Positions 40,565-48,611 of a stretch of DNA of 64,000 nucleotides are shown piece by piece. The DNA comes from a bacterium. Its GTDB lineage: Bacteria > SAR324 > NAC60-12. The notes beneath the pieces were generated by a model that had not been told where the DNA came from, did no database searches, and was given only the letters and a program-made list of their open reading frames with translations. Where the stretch lies: assembly GCA_965205865.1 (NCBI GenBank), contig CBDBHR010000028.1:277600-341599 (forward strand), in the 5' to 3' direction. Made by a program: the position numbers and the translations under genes. The stretch's first letter is position 1. Each line of letters begins with the position of its first letter.

Positions 40565-41278
40565 ATGATCTTCATTTCTTTACCACAATTTGGGCATAAC
40601 AGGGGATCCGCCTCGAAGATTTTATGGATCAGCCGTGCCCGGCTCGCGCTTGCCTTAGTCCTTCCTTTGATCTTTTTTACCGGGTCCGGGGTAGCGGAGG
40701 CCGAGAGGGTCGAGGTGCTGCGCGAGGGCGACATCGCCGGCTGGGAAGAGAAGACGTTCAGCGGCAAGACTTTGTACGAGACCTTTCGTCTGGAGGACAG
40801 GTCGGTGGTGCGCGCGACGAGCCGTGGCACCGCCTCGGGGCTCTACTTCAGGCTTCGAATCGACCTCGACAAGACCCCGTTCCTGCGCTGGAGCTGGCGG
40901 GTCGATGGGACGCTCGGCGATATCGACGAGCGAACGAAGGCCGGCGACGACTACAGCGCGAGGGTTTACGTGATTCGCTCGCACCCGGTATTTCTCTGGC
41001 GGACGCGCGCCGTGAACTACGTCTGGGCAAGCGCGCGGACCGCGGGCGAGACGTGGCCGAATGCGTACACGGATCGTGCGCAGCACGTTGCGGTCCGCTC
41101 CGGCGACACGCAGGCCGGCCAGTGGGTGGCCGAACGCCGTGACGTGCGGGCCGATTTCCGGGAGCTGTTCGGGGAGTCCGTCCGATACGTCGACGCGGTC
41201 GCGATCATGACCGATACCGACGACACCGGCGGTACCGCGGTGGCGTACTACGGAGACATCACGTTCTCGAGCGAGTGA
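40565..41278 (+). CDS. DUF3047 family secreted protein (GC-rich, likely horizontally acquired)
   Basis: Signal-peptide-like RARLALALVLPLIFFTGSGVA. The body (...WEEKTFSGKTLYETFRLEDRSVVRATSRGTASGLYFRLRIDLDKTPFLRWSWRVDGTL...DDYSARVYV...) fits DUF3047. GC is about 65% against about 47% for the core. Long ORFs in other frames here (40624-41142, 40655-41086) are GC artefacts. Confidence 0.55.
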   Translation: MIFISLPQFGHNRGSASKILWISRARLALALVLPLIFFTGSGVAEAERVEVLREGDIAGWEEKTFSGKTLYETFRLEDRSVVRATSRGTASGLYFRLRIDLDKTPFLRWSWRVDGTLGDIDERTKAGDDYSARVYVIRSHPVFLWRTRAVNYVWASARTAGETWPNAYTDRAQHVAVRSGDTQAGQWVAERRDVRADFRELFGESVRYVDAVAIMTDTDDTGGTAVAYYGDITFSSE

Positions 41279-41814
41279 GCACCGGCGTCCATTTGCTCAG
41301 GTCGTGCCCTGTGCCCGGTGCTCGTCAACAAAAACTGAGAGTTACGGAAAGAACACTTTACAATGCTCAATGGGATGCATGGGTCGCTGTTGGAGAGACC
41401 TGGATCCTTTGTTTCACTCCAGTGCAAACGTTTTGCTGAGATGTCGATCCCCAAATCCAGGGAGAAGTACGTCTTGAATCTTGTGCCCGCGAAAGCGGGT
41501 ATCAGATCATCACAAAATATGACGATCTAATGGAGGGCGGAAAAACCTTTATGAGCAAGGACTGATGTAATTTCAACTCTCAAATCCTTTTTTTTAAAAA
41601 AACCTGTCAAAGAGTGGGGGGAAACTCAATCAAAATATTCAATTGCAGGATTTAGGTTTTATTATTTCTTTTTAGAAATGCTTGACTTACCATTTTAATC
41701 CCTTTATTCTGTCTCTGAAAGAGGTCAGATTTTGTTACATTTGAGCAAGATTTTCACTGCGTTTCGTTAAAATATCGTTAGAGATTGGCAAGAAATTTTT
41801 TAACTTTATGCCCT

Positions 41815-42170
41815 GCAGATAGGACGAAAGAGCAATAAGGCGATCTTTCGATTTCACGTCGGCGGACCGTCAGCAAGAAGGTCTAAAATTAACCTGTTTC
41901 AAGTATAAAAGAATCTTGACAGTAAGGTAGCTATGGAGATAGGACGGAAAAGCAATAAGTATTTCCGAGTTCCCAGTTCCCAGTTCGGCAGTTCCCAGTT
42001 CCCAGTTCCCATAAGAAGTGTCTAAAATTAACCTGTTTCAAGAAAATCATGGACAGTAAGGTCCGCTATGAGAGTAAACTCGGAAGCGAAAACCAGTCCT
42101 CCCAGTTCCCAGTTCCCATTCCCTGTTCCCATATTCTTATCAGGTCTATCCTTGTTTCCAGTCTCATCAG
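41815..42170. repeat. Structured duplicated leader region with CCAGTTC heptamer tracts upstream of orphan SBP gene
   Basis: Two units share three conserved blocks: ATAGGACGRAARAGCAATAAG, GTCTAAAATTAACCTGTTTCAAG and GACAGTAAGGTNGCTATGRAG. Variable spacers separate the blocks. Unit 2 and the downstream flank carry (C)CCAGTTC heptamers repeated about 9 times. Confidence 0.6.
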
Positions 42171-42470
42171 GAGAAGCCTATGGTGAAATCACGTAAGCAG
42201 AAAATGAATTTTTATTCCTTCAACCTAAATAACAAGAAAGGAAAAATTTTGGAGATGACCAAAAATAAGAGAAGCCATGGTAGGGGGACGAAATCCCTGT
42301 TTAATTCAATCGTATTTGGAAAGGAAATTATCATGAAAAAGATAAAAATGAAAAAAAGGTTCGGGCTGAACCGCCAAAAAAGTAGAAGCATCGTCGAGAA
42401 CATGCTTTCGGGAATCAAAGCAGGTTTTAAAGCAATCCTTAATTTTGAACATGCAATCGAAAGGAAAAAG

Positions 42471-44243
42471 ATGAATAATCTAAAATGTAAATCAACCTTC
42501 AGTGCAACCCTGCTGGCCCTCTTCCTGATGGTGGCCGCATTTTGGGTCAGTTCAGCCGTCGCGGCTGAGAAAAAGATGGTCAAAGATCCCACCACTGGTA
42601 AAATGGTGAGTGCACCTGAGTATGGCGGGACACTGACCCATAGGACGGCTTTCAATTATACTGGGAGTCTTGACACTATAAATTATCATGTAGTGGGATT
42701 TATTCTCAGTGGCGTTTTAGAGAAGCTGACCATCGCGGACTGGGCAATCGATAGAGACGAATATCCTTTTGTGGGCGGCTACCAGTTGCCTCTATACGCC
42801 ATGACGGGGGCGCTGGCTGAAAGCTGGGAAACGCCCGACCCACTGACTTACATCTTCCACATCCGCAAGGGCGTTCACTGGCATAACAAGGCACCTATGT
42901 TCGGTCGGGAGCTGACTGCCAAGGATATCGAATATAACTATCACCGCGTATTGGGTCTGGGCAGCGGCTTCACCGAACCGAGTATAGCCCCAGGTCAGTT
43001 CCAAACCCTGCCATTCGAGTCGATAACAGCCACCGACAATTGGACAGTGGTTTTTAAGATGAAAAAGCCATACCTTTCTGCCCCGATCCATATCCAGGAC
43101 TCGAATATTTCGTATATATACCCCCCAGAGGTAATCGAGCAATACGGCGGTATGAATGATTGGAGGAACGTGGTCGGTACAGGCCCCTTTGAGCTGACTG
43201 ACCGTGTCGAGGGTAGCTCCTGGACCTGGACCAAGAATCCTGATTACTGGGGCCACGACGAAAAATACCCGGAGAACCGTCTGCCTTATATCGACGAGCT
43301 TAGGATGCTGATCATACCCGAGGAAGCAGCAGCTGTGGCGGCAATACGCTCCGGTAAGATTGACTTCATGGGCTGGCAGGGCTTCTCCCCAGTAAGAAAT
43401 ATCGATTTGAAAGAGAGACTCAAGCAGACAAATCCCGAGCTTGTGATATACCCATGGGCGGAACGGTCGGAAAATAGTTTTGCTCTCAACACGAGTAGGC
43501 CGCCCTTTGACGACGTCAGGGTGCGAAAGGCCATGCAGATGGCACTGGACCTCGAGACAGTGAACGAGACCTTCCTTAAGGGTTTAGGAGACCCAATACC
43601 CAAGGGGACGGTAGGATTGCCAGGGTATTTCATCCCGTATGACGAGTGGCCTCAGCAAGTCAAGGATGGTTTTGCTTATAACCCTGAAGGTGCCAAAGCG
43701 TTGCTTGATGCGGCTGGATTAACTCGCGGCGCGGACGGAATTAGATTCACGGTCACGCTTCACTACAGCGGGGATGTGAGCTATAAAGAATTGGCCCAAG
43801 CATACTGGAGTGATATTGGCGTCGATGTGAAGTTGAAGATGACTACAGGTACCGAACACCATGCTCTTGTTAGAGAAAGAAGTCATGACATGATTTCTAC
43901 GGTATTGGGTATTAAGGCTGATCCATTTTATACTGTAAGTTTCGCTCACTCGGAAGACGTCGATAACAAACCTGCAGTCAATGACCCGGTGTATGACGCC
44001 ATGTACGAGGCAGCCGAGAACGCCACCTCCTTTGAGCAGCTGAAGGAGATGATAAAAGAGATGGATATGTACTCGATAGAGAGGTTCTGGCGAATATGGG
44101 GTCCTGAGGCCCCACTGTTTACTGTGACCCAGCCATGGGTCACAGGGTATGGCGGCGAAGGTGGTATGGGAGGACTGCAAGTGCAAACTATTTTCGCCCG
44201 CCTCTGGATTGATAGTGAGATGAAGAAAGAAATGGGTCATTAG
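42471..44243 (+). CDS. ABC transporter substrate-binding protein, family 5 (peptide/nickel/opine type), orphan
   Basis: RBS AAGGAAAAAG. Signal peptide MNNLKCKSTFSATLLALFLMVAAFWVSSAVAA. SBP_bac_5 core. The ORF-track start at 42180 is upstream of the signal peptide. Confidence 0.7.
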   Translation: MNNLKCKSTFSATLLALFLMVAAFWVSSAVAAEKKMVKDPTTGKMVSAPEYGGTLTHRTAFNYTGSLDTINYHVVGFILSGVLEKLTIADWAIDRDEYPFVGGYQLPLYAMTGALAESWETPDPLTYIFHIRKGVHWHNKAPMFGRELTAKDIEYNYHRVLGLGSGFTEPSIAPGQFQTLPFESITATDNWTVVFKMKKPYLSAPIHIQDSNISYIYPPEVIEQYGGMNDWRNVVGTGPFELTDRVEGSSWTWTKNPDYWGHDEKYPENRLPYIDELRMLIIPEEAAAVAAIRSGKIDFMGWQGFSPVRNIDLKERLKQTNPELVIYPWAERSENSFALNTSRPPFDDVRVRKAMQMALDLETVNETFLKGLGDPIPKGTVGLPGYFIPYDEWPQQVKDGFAYNPEGAKALLDAAGLTRGADGIRFTVTLHYSGDVSYKELAQAYWSDIGVDVKLKMTTGTEHHALVRERSHDMISTVLGIKADPFYTVSFAHSEDVDNKPAVNDPVYDAMYEAAENATSFEQLKEMIKEMDMYSIERFWRIWGPEAPLFTVTQPWVTGYGGEGGMGGLQVQTIFARLWIDSEMKKEMGH

Positions 44244-44672
44244 GCGTTTCACCCCTTCTGGCTTAGCTCAGGGAAAAAGGGGGTCGGGGGGTCCTTGGCG
44301 CGGGAGCTCAAGCTTCCCAGCTCCCATACTCCTCAACTAATGAGAGGAGCGCTTTCTCACTGTCATTCCGGGCGGAGACCCGGAATCCAGGAAACGCAAC
44401 CATTTGAAATTTCGCTGGATTCCGCCTTTCGGCGGAATGAGTGCGCCTGGGAAGGCGCTTAACCAGCACGGTGGAAATCCGTGCCATGGTAAACCACAGC
44501 CATGTAGACGAAGGTAACTGCGTCGCCATGAGGCGGGGTGGAGAGCAACCGGAGGCGAAATGGTGGTCCGTAGGATAACGAACCCGATTCGGCGGCATGT
44601 TTGCGACGAGCTTGCTCATTCGTGGCGAAGTCTGAAACTCACTGATCCCGTTGCGGTGGTGGATAAAACGAG

Positions 44673-45441
44673 GGTCAGGCCGTGCGCCAGGAAAGCTGGC
44701 AAGAAATAGAGAGTGAAAGTCTCTTACTCGGTAAGGCAGTAACGACCCGCCGAGTCCCCGAGTCATGAGTGGTTATTCGCAAGGATAGGCGCTAAGCGTT
44801 GACAGGGGAGAACATAGGCTCGGTATTGAGCTCCGAAATCATAGTTTCAGGTGCTGACCTTGTAGTCTGGTGGGGAAGGCAACATCAACCGAAGGCGTTA
44901 GCGTGAGTCCCGGTCGAGCCTGGCGGAGTCAAAGACCCGGTGCATGTGTGGAAGTTTCTTGATCGGAACCTGGGAGATCCTGAAGACGACTGTCAACATT
45001 CTATTGGTAGTCGGATCGGGAAAATTAATAAATAACCCCGATATCTACGTCTTCAGGAAGTCGGACAAGTTCGTAGTAGCGATGAAGCGGCGAACAATGA
45101 GATCATTTGTAGAGAGTAATAATGCAAAGGAAATCAACGGAGCCTGTGGAGCAAAGGGACTTGGCTGAGAGGAATTCTGCTTGCCCTCCTGTGTTCGGAA
45201 CTCAGAGGCCGGTAAAATCAGAGAGCGGTTTAAGCAGGGTGCGCCAAACGGCAACGTCTGAGCGTCTGACTCGAAGCAGGAGCCGGATGCGTTAGCAGCG
45301 CATGTCCGGATCTGTACCGGAGGAATGACGAAAGGTGGCTGGAAACCACTATAAGTCAGTTCTTTACGGTGACTTTGATTAAATGAAAAGGGAGCAAAAA
45401 AACTAGACTCGTTCCTAATCAAACAATCAAAGGCCTGACCC
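44673..45441 (+). mobile_element. ~770-bp non-coding group-II-intron-like repeat, copy A
   Basis: Starts GGTCAGGCC|GUGCGCCAGGAAAGCUGGC (GUGCG, then a GAAA-tetraloop hairpin). Near the 3' end is GAGCCGGAUGCG-uuagca-GCGCAUGUCCGGAUCU, which is domain-V-like (AGC triad, 2-nt bulge). Ends ...AAAGGCCUGACC. The 9-nt termini are inverted repeats. Copies A, D and E are about 95% identical. Confidence 0.5.
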
Positions 45442-45738
45442 TGTTTCAAATCCCATCCATTGCCCTCTGCGCGTATTGGATTGCCGATCTTTCCTCACGT
45501 CCTCGGCCATACAAAGAATACGGTTTGCACTTCCCTTGAGGACGTCTTCATAATCTCGTAACATGTATGAAGACGGAATAGGACCAGAATATGAAACCTC
45601 CTTGATAACCCGAACAATATCACTACGAAATTCCTCAGGCAAAGAGTCGACGACTTTTTGTTGTGTCAAACTCAGTTTTTTTTCAGGAAAGTTATTACTC
45701 TGTGGTGTTTTCTCGTGTTTTTTTGAATTGCTCATCAT
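45427..45738 (-). pseudogene. DUF2335-like protein, C-terminally truncated by repeat copy A
   Basis: ...EVSYSGPIPSSYMLRDYEDVLKGSANRILCMAEDVRKDRQ... resembles the DUF2335 N-terminal region. The ORF runs straight into the 3' end of the 770-bp element and stops there. The expected C-terminal TM helices are missing. Confidence 0.4.
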
Positions 45739-46137
45739 ATTTATGGATTGCTGTAAACATGTCTTTTCCTACTTGACCCCAAACATCAGATATATCTTCT
45801 TCCTTGGAAGCCGGGAAATAATTATTTATCTCAATAGCATTAAATCCCTCTACAGCCATTTAAGAATCCGGCCCAGAATGCATCCGGTGTATAACTAGAT
45901 AATTTTGCGCGATCCCATTTTATTTTTTCCATAACATCATCTCCAAGATTATTAATCTCCCTATTATATTATGAATAATTCAAGATCATGATTATACAAT
46001 ATTTGTCAACAACGCAAAAGTTATGCCATCACATATTAGTGTAATGAATGCGAGAATAAATGTATTAATATTTAAATCCATTTTCATTAAAAAGCTTGAG
46101 GATATTTACACTCCACACCCTCAAGCCTATTCATTAA

Positions 46138-46554
46138 TCAATCACACCAGGATTCTCGTTTACCACCATCATATTTTCTAGTATAGTCATTTTCCAATAA
46201 AATATCGGAGAGGTTCTCACCATCAAGAAAAACATCACAGACCAAGCGAAAATATTTACCACGTTCGCAGTCTTTCAAATCGATCTTTGTTGCTTGAGAA
46301 TGTAATTCTTCGACAAAGTCCCTGACTTGTTTCGCACGTGATTTTTCAATATCACACTTTCCTCGTATTTCAGGAGTATCAATTCCCCTGATGCGGACAC
46401 TGATTTTATCTCCAAAAATTGCAAGAATATTTGCAATACTATATGTACAAGTATCTCCATCATAACATCGGTGCCATCGAACGTCGTAAAAATCCGCGGC
46501 ATCAACCATTAATGGAAATGGAAGTGCTAGTAAAAATAAAAGGAACATTCTCAT
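46138..46554 (-). CDS. Secreted thermonuclease (SNase/micrococcal nuclease-like) family protein
   Basis: Signal peptide MRMFLLFLLALPFPLMVDA. The ...CYDGDTCTY...VRIRGIDTPEIRGKC... Ca-binding and catalytic core is typical of SNase-like nucleases. Confidence 0.7.
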   Translation of the reverse strand: MRMFLLFLLALPFPLMVDAADFYDVRWHRCYDGDTCTYSIANILAIFGDKISVRIRGIDTPEIRGKCDIEKSRAKQVRDFVEELHSQATKIDLKDCERGKYFRLVCDVFLDGENLSDILLENDYTRKYDGGKRESWCD

Positions 46555-46723
46555 AACACATCTTTGATTGGGGTTGCAATTTCGACGCGCTTCTTCCGAA
46601 GGGCGTCGGGTTATTGCAACATGACCTAATCATAGGCGAAATGTCCCGATTATTTGTCCGAACCAAAGTGGCCAAACTTCAGTTCGAAATTGGACTTTTC
46701 TATTCATCAGGTAACCCGACAAA

Positions 46724-47664
46724 CTGACTAAGAACTTATCCTTTAATAACTTGAAAATTGGTATTTCCTGCATTATTTTTGTCATCATGTTCAACCATAA
46801 ACGCATGGAGGCTATATGGCAAAAGTACAGTCGTGGGAAGTATCTGATTCATTTTGGGCCAGAGTGGAGCCACTGATACCAAAACCCAAACGTGACCCGA
46901 ACAAGACCTACAAGCGCAAACCCGGTGGTGGTAGAAAGCCAATGCCTGCGCGCCAAATTTTCGAGGGAATTGTATATGTTTTGCGCACCGGTTGTCAATG
47001 GAGAGCCCTTCCCAAGGAAAAATATGGGAGTCCTAGTGCCATCCATGCTCATTTCATGCGTTGGAATGAAGCGGGTTTCTTTTTGTCGCTTTGGCAAGCC
47101 GGACTTGCCGAATATGATGAGATGGAAGGGATCTCCTGGAAATGGCAAAGCATAGACGGCACGACTGTCAAAGCCCCACTGGCTCAGGAAACCGTTGGTC
47201 GAAACCCGACTGACAGGGGAAAAAAAAGGGAGCAAGCGTCATTTGCTGGTTGACGGCCGTGGTGTCCCGCTGTCCCTCGTCGTAACCGGGGCGAACCGGC
47301 ATGATGTGACACAGTTGGAATTGGTCTTGGAGGAAATCGTCATTGCGCGGCCTGAGGGCATTGAACAACACCTGTGCGCAGACAAAGGCTACCACGGTGA
47401 GCCAGCATCACAGATCATTCGATCCAATGATTATGTGCCACATGTGAAAAAACGGGGTGAAGAGATTCAAGAAAAAAAAGCAAATCCCCAATACAGACCC
47501 AGAAGATGGGTCGTCGAGGTGAGCCATTCATGGTTCAACAGATTTCGCAAGATAATGGTCCGATTCGAAAAATATAATCAAACTTATCTCGCACTGCTTC
47601 AATTGGCTGCAGCTATCATAACTTACAGGAAAGTTAATGTTATTTAAGGATAAGTTCTAAGTCA
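46724..47664 (+). mobile_element. IS5-family (IS427/IS1031 group) insertion sequence, apparently intact, with programmed frameshift
   Basis: 26-bp imperfect TIRs: TGACTAAGAACTTATCCTTTAATAAC on the left, and the reverse complement TGACTTAGAACTTATCCTTAAATAAC on the right. orfA is 46816-47253 and orfB is 47195-47647; they overlap at the slippery run GGGGAAAAAAAAGGG (47217-47231). OrfB holds the DDE region (...HLLVDGRGVPLSLVVTGANRHD...CADKGYHG...). Confidence 0.8.
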
Positions 47665-47859
47665 TATTGCAATTTTAAACCTATGTTACGGACAGAGAGT
47701 GTCAAGGGATTATCTTCAGCAGGATACTAGAAGATATTCTGTAGGGATTCAGGTCTCTCCTACTGCGACCCATGCATTCCATTGAGCATTGTAAAGAGAC
47801 TTGGGAATCACAAAAAAATCAGCTTGGCATCTTGCCCATCGACTCCGGAAGACGTGGCA

Positions 47860-48040
47860 GGAAGATCAAGCGTTGTTCAAAGGGCCAGTTGAAGTGGATG
47901 AATCCTAAATTTGCGGCAAAGAAAAGAATAAGCATGCTTCCAAGAAATTGAAGAAAGGACGCGGCCCTGTTGGTAAAAGTGCCGTCGCGGGCATCAAAGA
48001 CCGGAGTACCAACAAAGTGACAGCCTAAAAAACAGAAAGT
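47860..48040 (+). pseudogene. IS1595-family (ISXO2-like) transposase internal fragment
   Basis: The in-frame translation ...PVEVDESYFGGKRKNKHASKKLKKGRGPVGKSAVAGIKDRSTNKV... matches the conserved EVDEtY.GG...GRG..GK..V.G..eR core of IS1595 transposases. It is flanked by stops. Confidence 0.4.
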
Positions 48041-48081
48041 TTATTGTTTGAAATTATTTATTTTTTGAAGGAGGATTTGAA

Positions 48082-48483
48082 ATGGATTTAAGGAAAATAT
48101 GTCAAAAATTGTATCTCATAATTTTTTTTTCGCTCATATTTATTTATCCGGTTTATTCTAATGAGGGGTTTATCGATTATAAAAATGAAATAACTGAATT
48201 TTCTGTTGTTGTCACTGAAGAATCAGAATTTATTGAATTTCATGTTGAAAATGACAGTTATTTTATCAAACTGCCAATCTCTGAATTGAGAAAGACAGAA
48301 CTCACATTGAGTGAAAATGGAATATCTGATGAGAACTTATCGAAAGTTGTGGAATATATCCTGATACAAACCTTCGACTCGGTTCGTGAGGAGTCATGGG
48401 TGGGAGTCAATGATACCGAACGCTTTCAGTTTCATGTTGGTTATTTCATAGAATATGAAATACAAGGTAGGAAAGGAAATTAG
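48082..48483 (+). CDS. Hypothetical secreted/membrane-anchored protein (AT-rich orphan)
   Basis: Intact 133-aa ORF with an N-terminal hydrophobic segment. GC is about 30%. No family recognised. Confidence 0.3.
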   Translation: MDLRKICQKLYLIIFFSLIFIYPVYSNEGFIDYKNEITEFSVVVTEESEFIEFHVENDSYFIKLPISELRKTELTLSENGISDENLSKVVEYILIQTFDSVREESWVGVNDTERFQFHVGYFIEYEIQGRKGN

Positions 48484-48611
48484 AGGATTCAATTCATTGA
48501 AGCTTACACGAATGCGATTCTGATTGAGGATCATTCAATTGATAATTACGGAAATTTTGTTACGACTCCAGAAAAAAAGAGTCGTTATGATGCAAAATTA
48601 AAGAAAGGGAG

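Noticed and set aside
40624-41142. 172-aa and 143-aa ORFs on both strands overlapping the DUF3047 gene
   Set aside because: GC-rich DNA yields stop-free frames. The peptides are Arg/Ala/Gly/Pro low-complexity, and only the DUF3047 frame has a signal peptide and family-like sequence.
41815-42170. Possible CRISPR array
   Set aside because: Only two repeat units, built from three interrupted conserved blocks with unequal spacers (39 versus 62 nt). No cas genes nearby.
44944-45449. 74-aa plus-strand ORF (MCGSFLIGTWEIL...) and 134-aa minus-strand ORF inside every copy of the 770-bp repeat (also 56190-56500, 63434-63972, 48881-49078, 50070-50342)
   Set aside because: Conservation between copies is at the nucleotide level over the whole element, including non-ORF parts. 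The ORFs have no RBS or domain signal. The element has RNA structural hallmarks.
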